NCBI GenBank assembly: GCA_951406725.2
Contig: OX597815.1
Location: 143,096,001 to 143,160,000 of the forward strand
DNA from: Octopus vulgaris
Taxonomy: Eukaryota
Length of the DNA stretch: 64,000 nt
Reading direction: 5' to 3'
Part shown: piece after piece, positions 43,637-56,779 of the stretch
Numbering within the stretch: the first letter of the stretch is position 1
Layout: each line of letters begins with the position of its first letter
Translations under genes and position numbers: made by a program
The notes under the pieces: model-generated
The model's input: only the letters and a program-made list of their open reading frames with translations
Told to the model about the DNA's origin: nothing
Databases searched by the model: none

Positions 43637-44833
43637 ATTATTTACATTATTTACATTTGACAGATATTTGTCCTCATTTTACTTGTTGTTCACACGATGT
43701 TTTGGTTGATGAACTCTCCAGCCTTCATCAGGTATCCTGGGAGAATTTCGAACCTGGATTCTCATTCCTAAGGTATTTTTTCGATGTTATTATTATTACT
43801 TTTCAGGTCACTGCTTGAAATCGAAATCTTGGGGTTAGTAGCCCGCGCTCTTAACCACTACGCCATATGCCCGTGGGCTATTTTGGAGTGAATTTTAGGG
43901 CTTATAGATCTAATATTTTCCTATCCTTGCTTAATACAGGTTCCCATATGTTATTCATATATGCACTTGATCTGCTTAGGAGGTTATTATGTCCTAGTAT
44001 ATGTGCTGCCTCTTTTAGTTTTCGTATTTTCCCGTGGTGTTCACTGTCTATTATTTTAACTTCATCCCACAAGGGTGGGGTGTCTCCATTTTCCATACAT
44101 GATCAGCTATACCCGATTTATCAATATCTCCTCGTGTCACAGCTTTGCGTTGTTCCTCTGCCTTTATTTTGAGTGGGCGGCATATTTCGCCTTTGTATAA
44201 ACTACCACAGCGGCATGGGATGGAGTACACGCAGTCTTTGTTCATATTATCTTCTGTTGGTGGCTTTACTCGAAGGAGATATTTGCGAAGTGTTGTATTA
44301 CTCTTGAATACTTTCCTAATGTCGTATGGGCAGCATTATTTTTTAAGATTGTTACTTAGATTGATCATTTCTTTGTGGTATGTATCAGGATGGCTACTTT
44401 TATTTTTTGCTCGATGGTTTAGGCATTGAACAATCCCTCTCTTTACGCTATTATTCTATGACATAATAACCTCCTAAGCAGACCTAGTGCAGATATGAGT
44501 AGCCTATGGGAACCGATATTAAGGAAGGATAGGAAAATATTAGATTTATAAGCCCTAAAATTCACTCCAAAACACCCACGGGCATATGGCGTAAGATTCC
44601 GAGTTCAATTCCAAGCAGTGACCTGAAAAACAACAATAATAATAACATCGGGAAAATACCTTAAGAATGAGAACCCAGGTTCGAAATTCTCTCGGGACAC
44701 CTGATGACGGCTGGGGAGTACATCGGCCGAAATGTCGTGTTAACAACAAACAAGATGAGGAGGACAAATATCCGTCAAATGTAAATAATGCAAATAAAGT
44801 ACATAATTCCTCATCTCTCAAATATAGAACTGT
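43637..44833 (-). mobile_element. Penelope-like element: GIY-YIG ORF remnant (43902-44455) with inverted terminal repeats
   Basis: VKRGIVQCLNHRA, CVYSIPCRCGSLYKGE..SGIADHVW..WDEVKIID..RKLKEAAHI; 43637-43993 is the reverse complement of 44460-44800. Confidence 0.9.
44696..44741 (+). ncRNA. minimal type I hammerhead ribozyme motif
   Basis: gacac-CTGATGA-cggctg..cggcc-GAAAtGTC-gtgtt; more degenerate copies at 43691-43736 (-) and 52252-52297 (+). Confidence 0.75.
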
Positions 44834-44844
44834 GTTTCTATTAT

Positions 44845-45380
44845 TGTTTGTTATTTAGGCTAAGTTCAGCTTTGACCTTTGACCTATAGTGATGTGTATT
44901 CCAGCATGATCCTGCTATCTTATATATAACTACATATTCCTATACCGTCTTTATTGTTTGAAAACGACACGTTAAAGTTTACTAGAAATTTGGTTGTTAT
45001 TTAAAGCAGGTCGATAAACCCCAAACAACGCTCGCTAAATCAAAGAATAACTACATGAAAATAAAGTTGTGATGAGGCGGTATTTCTCAATGATATTCGC
45101 GACGCAAGTGAAGTTGATGACAATCACAAATAACTATTACAGCTCTATCACGGTTTTGTTTGTTGTTAGTTTGACTTTTCTTCACACCTCTATACGTTTG
45201 TTCAACCTGCTAGAAATAACTGCTAAATCTCTCTTAACTAACATCCTACCGTTTTAAAGAAGAGAGCTGGATAATGTACTTATAGATAATCTAGCTCAGT
45301 TAAAGACATGACTGTTAAAACTAGAACCTCTTCATTATCGCTCTGCTAGACCAGAATTGGCCTGGGGCTATCAAGAACAA
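44845..45380. repeat. two oppositely oriented copies of an old dispersed repeat
   Basis: gaaatttggttgttatttaaagcaggtcga (~44985-45015) vs tcaacctgctagaaataactgctaaatctc (~45202-45231); related pieces near 14930, 50115 and 50330. Confidence 0.5.
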
Positions 45381-45769
45381 AGTGTAGTAGTGTAAACTGA
45401 CGCTACTAAATCTTATTGATGAAGCATAAGCTTTACAACACCTTCACTTTGTAATGTTCTCTGCATCAGTAGACATATGTTCACGTAAGCAATCAATATT
45501 TAAATAAATCACCTATAAAACAGCAATGAGATTTTTGGCCAGCCACTTATTCTCACAGCTGTCTGTTCTCATTACTGGCCAAAAAATCAGTAATTTGTAC
45601 AAAACCATTCTAGAAGTTCAGGACTTAGAAATGGAGTAGAATAGTTTCATTTAACCATTTATTCCTAATACCATTGTTATTTGTTTTAATTTAACTTTTT
45701 AATAGTAATTTATTATCACGTTGCTACACTGTCCTCTGCTTACTTTGCTACGCTGAAATACTTGACTTC

Positions 45770-46250
45770 ATACACTTAGCTTTTTCTGTATTTCCCCTTT
45801 TATGCGCTGCTCAAAACATTTTGCCCAGTTCTGAAACACATATTTCCAGACCTCTGGAAATCCTCCCGTGATCACGCATTTCCCACAAATATTAATTTGC
45901 AAATGACCTGAACTGAACACTAATTGCATGAGCCTCAACAGTGCTGGAGACGCTATGAATATCATTGCCAAATTCTCTTTCCCACTGGTAGATATTTTTG
46001 GCGACCAGGGTTAATTTCGCTCCTTCACGCGGAACATATACAGAGATCATAACGAATTCCTCTCCTCCAGTAGATGGGTAAAACAGAAGTCGGGTTTATT
46101 TCTATTCTCCGTTCTATAAGCAAAAGATGACCATCAATAACATTGCAGAGACTTTTGCCAATTTTGTCTTGCCGGCCTTATAGTAATATCTCTGTGTGAC
46201 TATTTACTGGTTGCATACCCAAGACTTTTTGCACAATCCATCTGCAAATT
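45770..46250 (-). pseudogene. very degenerate mariner-like transposase
   Basis: Broken ARQ..SKVSAMLLMVIFC and EDFQR..FQNWAKCFEQRIKGE segments. Confidence 0.35.
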
Positions 46251-46360
46251 ATGAATATTGTGGGGATTACGTAATTCCGAGCTCCCGGAAACAGTTGTCA
46301 AGTTAAGAAACTTTCTGTGCTTTTATTAGTATTCTCTATCTGTTATGCTCTATGTGTGTC

Positions 46361-46408
<48 letters not shown>

Positions 46409-46709
46409 CATACATTATATATACATACATATATATAAATATATATATGTGTGTGTGTATGTATGTATGTATATGTATGTATATATATATATATAGATGT
46501 GTATATAAGTGTTTGACTTTATAAATATAGGTAGTTATATGTATCTACGTATATCTATTTGTGTATATATATGTGTAAGTATTTTATCATTAATTAAAAT
46601 CTTAGAGTAGCAAGAATATTCATAGAAAAATATTGATAGAAAAGTTCTTAGTTACTAGTGGTCCAGCGAGAAAGAAAAAATTAGTCAATAGACTATATAT
46701 TATTCAAAG

Positions 46710-47122
46710 AAGAATACAGTGTACGTTTAAACACAAAAGAGATACCCAAAGAATTGGATATCTGACTCGCTAGAAAGAGCAGTTGAATCTCCAAGCCACC
46801 AATTGTTGTAATTCCGAAAGTGATTGGAAAATAAAAACTTTTACCTTAATCCTAGACCCTGCAAGGTTTCTGTAGACTTAAATACAGACTGAAATAAAAT
46901 GATTTCAGCCTATATCTGGCGCTGCTTCTTCAGTAGGTTGCCAGGACTGAACACATAGGCACGGAGCGATAAATAACCCGCCTCGTGTCTGTAGGTTCTA
47001 AAAATTTCCAATCACTTTCGGAATTACAATTGGTGGCTTGGAGATTCAACTGCTCTTTCTAGCGAGTCAGATATCCTATTCGTCGGGTATCTCTTTTGTG
47101 TTTGAACGTACACTGTATTCTT
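46710..47122 (-). mobile_element. Penelope-like fold-back relic: ~120-bp inverted arms enclosing a hammerhead motif
   Basis: Arms 46710-46830 and 47005-47122; minus strand ccta-CTGAAGA..GAAAcct-tgca-gggTC-tagg at 46939-46848. Confidence 0.7.
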
Positions 47123-47414
47123 ATATGTAAGTATATATATGCATGCATGTTTGTATTTATGTAAGTATATGTATGTATGTATTATGAATATGTGGTATAT
47201 GTGCATATGTGTGAAGCTTAATTGTGTCTATCTGCATCACATTCTCCATATCAGCTCGCTTGCACTACTCTTATACCCACTCTTGACGGCGTGGACCTAG
47301 TCCTGGACGAAGGATTTGGAGTTTAAGTTCAATTCATTGGAACACTATTACGTGTTCTCTGTACTGTGCATATCTAGCTATCACCTATGCTATATACTGT
47401 AGACACACACATGC

Positions 47415-47474
<60 letters not shown>

Positions 47475-47534
47475 GAAATATTAAAATAACTAAGTCTCTC
47501 TAAAAGAGAACAGCGGCAGCGTTCCCGGAAAATA

Positions 47535-48097
47535 CATACATACACATACATACATAGCATAAAACACTTCTCCAAGATGCCACCCGGAAATGTGATTGAC
47601 AAGCAAACGTCTTACCACACTGCCGCACACACGTGTGTGTGTGTTTGTGCTATGTGTGTGTGTGTTTGTGGTATGTGTGTGTTTGCCCCCCCTCTACACA
47701 CACACACACACACCATCACTGCTTGGCAATTGATATTTAATTGTTCACACCTTAACTCAGCAGTTAGGCAAAAGAGACCCAATAAGTACTGGGATCGATT
47801 TCTATTATTGAAAACAAGTGGATGTATTCCACCGAAACTAGGTAAATAAAACCATCGAACAGAGATTGTCGGAAGCGACACCTACTGGCTGGCTACGCTG
47901 CATTGAAAAGGGGCAATACCCTGAAACGCGTCTGTAGCTGCCGGTCAAGTAGTGTGGAGCGACTGACCTCCCTTGTTCGAAGGTTATATGGATACAGTTT
48001 GTGTATCAAATAGCTAACTTAAGGCGATGGCCTCATGGAGCTAATAAGCGGACAGCTTTTTTCTTATTTTTATAAGAATGCCATATTAGTATGGCGA

Positions 48098-48161
<64 letters not shown>

Positions 48162-48359
48162 CATATACATATATATATATATACATATACACACGTATAT
48201 ACATGTGTGTATGTGTATATATATAAACATATATGTAATATACTTATATATATATATATATATACATATATATATACATATACATATATATATATATATA
48301 CATATACACACGTATATACATGTGTGTATGTGTATATATATAAACATATATGTAATATA

Positions 48360-48398
<39 letters not shown>

Positions 48399-48671
48399 GC
48401 ATGCATACATACACATACATACATAGCATAAAACACTTCTCCAAGATGCCACCCGGAAATGTGATTGACAAGCAAACGTCTTACCACACTGCCGCACACA
48501 CGTGTGTGTGTTTGTGCTATGTGTGTGTGTGTTTGTGGTATGTGTGTGTTTGCCCCCCCCCCTCTACACACACACACACACACCATCACTGCTTGGCAAT
48601 TGATATTTAATTGTTCACACCTTAACTCAGCAGTTAGGCAAAAGAGACCTAATAAGTACTGGGATCGATTT
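47535..48671 (+). repeat. ~267-bp near-identical direct repeat (47535-47801, 48404-48671) flanking a hammerhead-like insert
   Basis: Copies differ only by slippage and one substitution that I could see; insert has ggggcaataccct-GAAACGCGTC-tgtagc. Confidence 0.9.
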
Positions 48672-49489
48672 GTTCGACTAGAAGATGTTTAAGCATGGCT
48701 GCAGTCCAATGAGTGGATCAAGTAAAAGATAAAAGATATACGACACACACATGCGCGCTTTAGAGTACACATGCCAACACATCTAAGAATAGATTTTCAA
48801 TTGAAAGAGCCCAATAAGCGACTTAAACTAAATCTAATTATAAATTCAATTATAAATATAAATTAATTAAAGCCATGACAATAATGTGTTTGTGGATAGC
48901 CTAGAAATGATGAAATCTAGAACGTATACAATGAAATGTAAATATTATCTTTAAGCCGAGGAGTAATATATACTGCTTCGATATACAGGGGAAAATATCT
49001 TATCAGAAGATAGAAGAAAGACGATATACATATGCACATGTATGTGTGTATTTGTGTGTATGTGTATTTGTGTGTGTGTGTTTGTATGTCCTCATGTACA
49101 AAGGAACAGGAGTAGTCTTGTGATGTTTAAAATTTTGGTTGACAAGCTTTTGGCTGGCTTCTGTCTCACTTCGAGTCGTGTTTTGTTCTTTAGTCTCAAG
49201 TTATCATACAACTTCTGAATCGAACTTGGTTCTTAAAACCGTGTGGAAGCCCATGGCTTTATGTATGTGTCTGTTGCTTGTGCGTGTGTGTGTGTGTGTG
49301 TGAAATGGCATGTGTGTATGCTTTGTCGATTTGTACTTGCTAAGAAACATTATGTATTGTGAAGATATGCTAATATATCGTTGCAGTATATTGTCTTACA
49401 CTATAAACATGTAATCTTATGTGAAGAAGATCTTGAAATATTTCCAACAGCTGTAAATCACGATTAGATCCTGCTTTATATTTTAAAGT

Positions 49490-49735
49490 GGAGACGCGTG
49501 ACTTAGTGGTTAGTGTGTTGAACTCATGATCGTAAGGTTGTGGTTTCGATTCACGGACCGAGCGATGCGTTGTGTTCTTGAGCAAAGACTTCATTTCACG
49601 TTGCTCCAGTCCACTCAGCTGGCAAAAATGAGTAATCCTGCGACGGAACGGCGTCCAGTCCAGGTGGGTAATTTCTACGCCACTGAAACCTGGAAACCGG
49701 CCCTTATGAGCCTGGCATGGCTCAAGAAGAAACAT
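49490..49735 (+). mobile_element. CORE-like tRNA SINE
   Basis: gtgacttagtggttag..ggtttcgattca; ttgtgttcttgagcaaagacttcatttcacgttgctccagtccactcagctgg; tail gaaaccggcccttatgagcc..ggctcaagaag. Confidence 0.85.
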
Positions 49736-49754
49736 TTATATCTTAAAGTCAAAA

Positions 49755-49975
49755 TGTGGTGAACTAGCAGAATTGTTAGCACGCCGGGCGAAATGCTTAG
49801 CGATAATTCGTCTGTCTTCCCAATCTGAGTTCAAATGTCGCCGGAGTCGACTTTATCTTTCATCCTTTCGAGATCGATAAAATAATCGCTGGTGAGTAGA
49901 GAACTGCGATCGGTGTTATCGACTTGCCATCTCCCAGAAATTGCTGGCCTTGAACCAAAATTTGAAACCAATATC
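49755..49975 (+). mobile_element. tRNA-derived SINE (family of 30690)
   Basis: gaactagcagaattgttagcacgccgggcgaaatg..gagttcaaatg..gtcgactttatctttcatcctttcgagatcgataaa. Confidence 0.85.
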
Positions 49976-50909
49976 TCCCTATTTACTGTTGATGTGATAA
50001 TATTATTATTTAACTTCGGTAGACCTGTGATAAAACACGTAACTATTTCGGCTTACCGTTTTCCCAGACTTAGCACAATCTTCCTTTATTCAAAACGGTA
50101 AAGTGTAATCTAGGAAAATTTAGCTGCTATTTTTAACAGCTCAAGCAACTTTATGACTGTTGTTATTCTTTAGTCCCAGATTATATTTGATCGTGAAAAC
50201 CTATGACCAACCGCGTGCAGTCATAACAATATGTCATTATATTAAGTTGTACATTTTTCAATACAGCATTTATAACGATGATAGCATGTTTTTAAGATAG
50301 ATATGCTTCTTATGAAGTTTCCATGATGGCTGCTATTTCTAGTAAGTACAGTAGCTATGCAGTGATACTCTGTTTGATGTCTCCATTTCAAAGAAGATTA
50401 AACATGATTGTTGCTATACTATTGCACAACTATAGCTGTACTATTTGCATGACACCAGGTATACTATACCATGATTCTTGCCGCACAATTTACATTGGTA
50501 TGCTCCTTTCCATACTATATTGCATGCTTCTTGCTATAATATAGAATGGTAATGTTTTCGCACGGTTCCTGTATGATTCATTCACCGAGAGACAATGTTG
50601 AAACGCTTTAATATCAAAGCTAGATGTACGCTATTGAGATTGATGAGAAATGCATAATGAAGATTGATGACTATCACGAAATATTACACACATGTAATAC
50701 TGACTATAATATCACAGAAACATCACACACACACACACACACACATGTACTGGTGGCAATATTACCACAGAAATATCATACACTTATATATAATGTACTT
50801 AAAGTAAGTTAGCTTAGCAGTGGGATCCATCTCTCTGCTGCATAGCTGGAAGGATTTGATTTCAGAAATAAAAACTACCGAAATATTAATTATTTATACA
50901 GCCAATGTG

Positions 50910-51050
50910 AAGGCGAGTAAACTCGTGCTTAGAGTTTTGGTCTCATAATCTTAAGGTCATGAGTTCGAACATTTAGCTAGGTGGCGCGTTGTTTCCTTGA
51001 ATAACGCACATCATTTCAAGTTCAGTCTACTCAGCTGAAATAAGTACTGA
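50910..51050 (+). mobile_element. degenerate CORE-like SINE head
   Basis: gagttcgaac..gcgttgtttccttgaataacgcacatcatttcaag..ctactcagctgaaataagt. Confidence 0.6.
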
Positions 51051-51482
51051 ACCAAATGTCAGTAGATGCAGAAGGTGTGTATGTCTGCTCGTGAGGACAT
51101 GGGCAATTAAAACAACTAGGGAAAGTATGCTACAAGCTGCCAAGTCGTGGTCGCTTTCGAGTGACGGCTGTGGGCTGCTTCTTCTTCTTCTTCCTATCAG
51201 AACTCACGCCATTAGCCACAAAGAATAATCTCTAATTCGAGCCTACTCTAAGCTACTAAGAATGCGTGTAGCAACTTGAAGATCCACCCACCACATGCGA
51301 TAGACTGGCGGTTGCACAGGCTCGAAAACTACGTTGTTATCCTCATTCCGTAAACGGTGGCTTTTAACGGGTGGAGATCTGAACCATCCTGGGGTACAGA
51401 GGATTCGCAATCTAGACTAGGGTCTGGAAGTTTACTACACCATCGTGGGTTACACCAAGGTTCCTCTGCTTTGTGGCAGAAT

Positions 51483-51660
51483 TAGGAAGAAAGAGTGAGA
51501 GAAAGTTGTGGTGAAAGAGTACAGTGGGCTTCACCACCATCCCCCGCCGGAGCTTAGGTGTTTTTGCTCAATAAACACTCACAATGCCCGGTCTGGGAAT
51601 CGAAACCGCGTTCTTATGACCGCGAGTCCGCTGCCCTAACCACTGGGCCATTGCGCCTCT
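51483..51660 (-). mobile_element. SINE head and body (family of 9226)
   Basis: Reverse complement of 9226-9412. Confidence 0.85.
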
Positions 51661-52027
51661 ACACCGCTATGGTTACATGATATTACCTTGCTTAGTTCTC
51701 AAAGCAAAACTATTTTATTTCAGCTCCAAGTTGAATCTATTTCATTGCACATACATTATTAATTCCTGCTTATAGGGTGCATGGAAATACACACTTTCTT
51801 ATTTTAACTGATTACAAAGGTTTCTTATATAATTTTTGTCAAAATCAGGAAATTCCACCTCTCGGTGGGTTTATGAATTGGAGACACTTATAGCCTTTAT
51901 TGAGCCGTTGGTTCACCAAAGAAACCGTTGTTGTTGTTTTTTATCGTATTTCAGTAAAACTTGGTAGAGTACATGCTTATAATTATTTCCTTGACTTGTT
52001 GTTCCGTATGGAATCGAACTAGTATAA

Positions 52028-52095
52028 CATATGGAGTAGTGGTTAAGAGCGCGGGCTACTAACGCCAAGATTCCGAGTTCGATTCCAAGCAGTGA

Positions 52096-52185
<90 letters not shown>

Positions 52186-52378
52186 CAACAACAACAACAA
52201 CAACATCGAAAAATACCTTAGGAATGAGAACCCAGGTCGGAATTTCCCCAAAACACCTGATGAAGGCTGGCGGGTATATCAGCCGCAAAGTTGTGTTAAC
52301 AACAAACAAGATGAGGACAAATATCCGTCAAATGTATATAATGTACATAATTCGTTATCTCTTAAATATGGAACTGTA
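52028..52378 (+). mobile_element. stand-alone tRNA-head + (TAA)n + hammerhead module of the Penelope repeat
   Basis: Matches 44583-44833; A box tggagtagtgg 52032-52042, B box gagttcgattcc 52075-52086, ctgatga 52257-52263. Confidence 0.85.
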
Positions 52379-53015
52379 GTATTGTAACTTGTGATGAAAA
52401 GTGGATTCTGTACAATAATAAAAAAACCTTTTTCGCGGTGGTTGGATCAAAATGAAGCACAGAAAAAAATTTCCTAAACCCGAGCGCTTCAAAAAGAAGG
52501 TTATGGTGAGTGTTTTGTAGTTTACTGCTGGGCTCATCCACTATTACTTCTTAAAACACTGAAAAACCATTACTGCAGAAATATATTGCCATGAAATTGC
52601 CAAAATGAATGAAAAACTGCTACTCCTCCGTCCCAGACTGGTCAACTGAAGGGGGCCAATCATTCTTCATGACAATGCTAAACCACACGTTTCACTAACG
52701 ACACTTAAGAAGTTGAAGGAACTTGGCTACGAAGTTCCTCCCCACCCATCTTATTCCCCAGACCTTTCTCGTACCGTCTACCATTTTTCAAGCACCTTGA
52801 GGGTTTCCTGTGTGAGAAGACTTTCAAAAATCAAACCGATACTGAAAGTGTGTTCAAAGAGTTCATCAGCTCCCGAACTTCAGATTTTTATGTTACCAGA
52901 ATAAGCCAACTTGGAACTCGTTGGCAAAAATGTGTTGATTGTAATGGTACTTTGATGAATACAATTTCCGCATTGTTTAAATATATTGTGATGAATTTCA
53001 TGTTCCAAAACGTTT
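52379..53015 (+). pseudogene. mariner transposase, DDD catalytic region
   Basis: IVTCDEKWILYNN..KKKVMVSV..TITAEIYC..ILHDNAKPH..PHPSYSPDL..RWQKCVDCNG. Confidence 0.9.
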
Positions 53016-53442
53016 TACTGACCCAGAAATTCGCAAGGATGAAAGCTAAGTTGACCTCAGGTTCATTTGAACTCAGAATGTAAAAGACTAACCGAACACC
53101 TTCAGTCTGGATATTCTGCTAATTCAATGCCCAAATGATTTCTAAGATAAGCACAGGGCGAGAATGGTAAGCGATTTCATCAATGCTAGAAACTGGTTGG
53201 TATTCATTTTATCGACCCCAAGGAAAGAAAAGAAGAACTGAACCCTAGTGTAAGATTCGAACATAGGACATAAAAAGACTTAACTATATATTAAAATTAT
53301 TCTTTCCGAATCTCCGCAGCCTCTGCGCCAATCCAGCACCTATTTTAAGGATAGAATAATATTATAAAGCATAGCCTTGCAATTGTTTATAGTTAGATAA
53401 TAAGATAAGATTTATTCTTACATTGCTACAGATTCAAAACTA

Positions 53443-53528
<86 letters not shown>

Positions 53529-53536
53529 TAATAATG

Positions 53537-53621
<85 letters not shown>

Positions 53622-53649
53622 TAATAACAATAACAACAACAACAACAGC

Positions 53650-53747
<98 letters not shown>

Positions 53748-53780
53748 TAACAATAACAACAACAACAACAGCAGCAGCAG

Positions 53781-53843
<63 letters not shown>
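53443..53843. repeat. (AAT)n/(AAC)n/(AGC)n compound array with higher-order duplication
   Basis: Seen directly. Confidence 0.95.
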
Positions 53844-53844
<1 letters not shown>

Positions 53845-54589
53845 TTGCGATTCAGGCTACATGAAACCAATGAATCAATTACCTTCTAGATTCAATTTAT
53901 TCATTCGAAGATGTTGTAAAACAATATATGAAATCTTTCCCTACAAATATTATTATTGTATCACTTCAGTTTATTAATGCGACATCTTGCCGCCTGTTAT
54001 CTCACTCAAACTATGTTCAATGTTCAACAACATTTGCAAATATTTTCATAGAATTTTCTAGCGTTTACATTTCCATCTCTTTACCAGTTCTACACACTCA
54101 TGTATACGTATACATATTCGTACATTCATCTATAAACACATAACTTTACGTAATTTTCCAAATGTATACACGATTCTGCGTAGGTTTTATACGTAGAAAT
54201 ATATACATAGATATTTCAAGCCAATATCTCTATGCAAACTCCTTTACGTTGTTATTTGACTTATATATGGGTATGTATGTATGTGCATGTGCGTGTATTT
54301 ATATCTACGTATATTATATATGTTAATAATTCCCACATGTTCATATGAGCATATATTCATACATAATACATACATACATACATACTTACAAACGTAAGCA
54401 CATATTCATAAGTATAAGTGTATATATGTAAGTATTTGTGAGAGAGTATATGTAAGAATTCCCGACTACATACATATAGGGCGCGCATAAATACATTCAA
54501 TATTCTTATGCAATTTCACATCGTCTCACAAAGGATAGAGAGAACAAGGCATTTAATAAACACACACGAGCACACACGAATTTTTATTA

Positions 54590-55814
54590 TATTAGGTCAT
54601 AAAATAATGTGGTTTTTCAATTGAATGGACCAAAAGTCGGAGAAGGACCGGATAAACTACCTGCATCAAATTGCTGTAAAATCAGGTAGTAATGTTACAT
54701 TGTACTTATTCTTAAGTGCAAGTTTTGAAGAGTGCAGTTCGATTTTAACACTTTTTCAAAGCTATAACAGAAGTGGAAAAGGAGCATATTCTGTATATTT
54801 TGCCTTATGAGTTCAATAAATGCAGCAACGCAACGGAAAGTGCGAGGAATATTAATGTAGTATATGGGGATTGGACAACAAGCGTAAGCCAGTGTCAGTG
54901 GTGATTCTAGAAATTCCGAGACGAAAACTACAGCCTAGAAGACGATCCTCGTCCTAGAAGTTCAGTAGAGATCGACGAGAACGTCCTGCAAACTACAGTG
55001 GAACAAAATCCCAACATAACTGATGAGGAACTAGCAGATAAGCTTGGAGTTGACCCGCGTGCCATCGGAAAAGTCAGAAAATTTTTGTCAATGGGTTCCT
55101 CACAAATTTTCCGAGTCTAATTGCGCGCAGAGGGTGAATGTGTGCTCTCCTTTGAAACTCTCTCGAATGAAACTTTTTTGAACAGAATAGTGACTGGTGA
55201 CGAGATATGGATTCTCTGTAAAAATGTCAAGCGCTGAAGACAGTGGGTAGGGAAAAGAGAAACACCAGCACCCCAGGCTAAAGAAAGTTTTCGCATGAGT
55301 AAGGTGTTGTTATCTGTTTGGTGAGATATGAAATGTTTAGTCCACTTTGAACTTTTAAACCCAAACCAAGCGATAACAAAGGAGATCTACTGCGAACAGC
55401 TTGAGCGGCTTAAGTCAGCGCTAGAAGAAAAACGACCATCTTCGGTTTCAATACGATAATGCTCTGCACTTACAGCGAGGCTGACATTCCAAAAGCTGGA
55501 GCAGTTTGAATGGGAGACGCTGCCTCACCCACCATATTCACCGGACATTGACCCCATCTGCTTATCATTTATTCCGCAGTCTTCAAAATCATTTGGACAG
55601 AAAATATGAACTAGAACAGTACTAGAAGAGTATTTTTCGTCACGAACAAGTGAAATTTAGAAAAGTGGCTTTCCAGGTCTACCAGATAGATGAAAGAGCA
55701 TAGTAGAAAATGAAGGAGAGTGTATTCTAGATTTAAAAAAGAACTTTGTTTATCTTAATTTTGAAAAATAAAAGAAGTATTTAAAAGCCGCATTATTTAT
55801 GGGATGACCCATTA
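54590..55814 (+). mobile_element. full-length degenerate mariner element (~1.2 kb)
   Basis: TIRs tattaggtcat..aaataatgtggttttt and aaaagccgcattatttatgggatgacccatta; WVPHK, RIVTGDEIWI, PHPPYSPDIDPSAYHLFRSLQNHL. Confidence 0.9.
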
Positions 55815-55984
55815 GTTTCGTTCTTCATTCTCTTTTTATGTCCTTCACGTTGTATCTCTTTTTATCACCAGTTCACACATATCCTTTTTCTCTTCCTCCT
55901 GTTTCTACTAATCTTCTTTTCCTTTTCTTCGTGACCTTTTTGTCTTCCAATATATACCCGTGTATATATATATATATATATATA

Positions 55985-56215
55985 TTCTTTTATTCTTTTA
56001 TTTGTTTCAGTCATCTGACTGCGACTATGCTGGAGCACCGCCTTCAAGATATTTGTCAAAGAAAATGGAACCCAGGACTTATACTTTGTAAGACTAGTGC
56101 TTATTCTGTTGGTCTCTTTCGCTGAACCGCTTTGTTATAGGAGACATAAACACAGCAGCATCGGTTGTCAAGTGGTGACTGGGGTTGGGGGGGGGCAAAC
56201 ATAGACACACACAAA
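55985..56215 (-). mobile_element. 3' half of the abundant SINE
   Basis: tgtttcagtcatctgactgcgactatgctggagcaccgcc..gcatcggttgtcaag. Confidence 0.8.
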
Positions 56216-56423
56216 CACACACATATATACATATATATATATATGGTACGTTTGTTCCCAATCAACACTCATTTTAGTGCTGTTGACACCACCAGATTGA
56301 AAGGTACTACCCAGGTGTCGAAACTATAATGATAACTGTGGTGTAGCTGATGATGGAAGTATGTTGGATTGCTGGTATGGCTGTTTTGTATATGTGGGAT
56401 AGTATTATAACACATTATTTTGA

Positions 56424-56476
<53 letters not shown>

Positions 56477-56575
56477 ATAATAAATATTAGGGAATAAATC
56501 CAAATTTACAGGGAAAAATCAGATTTAGGATTAAATCAAATTTTATAGTAAAATATTATATAATATTAATTAGAG

Positions 56576-56779
56576 ACAAAACCACTATTTTGTAAAACAA
56601 ACAAGGAAAGACTTAATCAATACATAAAATTTTAATAAAAAGTAAAAAATAAAAAATAAAAAATAAAAAATAAAAAAAAGTAAAAATAAAAAATAAAAAA
56701 TAAAAAGTAAAAAATAAAAAATAAAAAATATGTATTGATTAAGTCTTTCCTTGTTTGTTTTACAAAATAGTGGTTTTGT
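56576..56779. repeat. perfect 51-bp inverted repeat around an (A6T)n spacer
   Basis: Arms 56576-56626 and 56729-56779 are exact reverse complements. Confidence 0.97.

Noticed and set aside
52028-52097. Functional tRNA gene (also SINE heads at 9226, 26217, 49490)
   Set aside because: A/B boxes present but acceptor and T stems pair poorly and each continues into a repeat body.
52379-53015. Domesticated SETMAR-like gene
   Set aside because: In-frame stops and frameshifts, no SET domain; a dead mariner.
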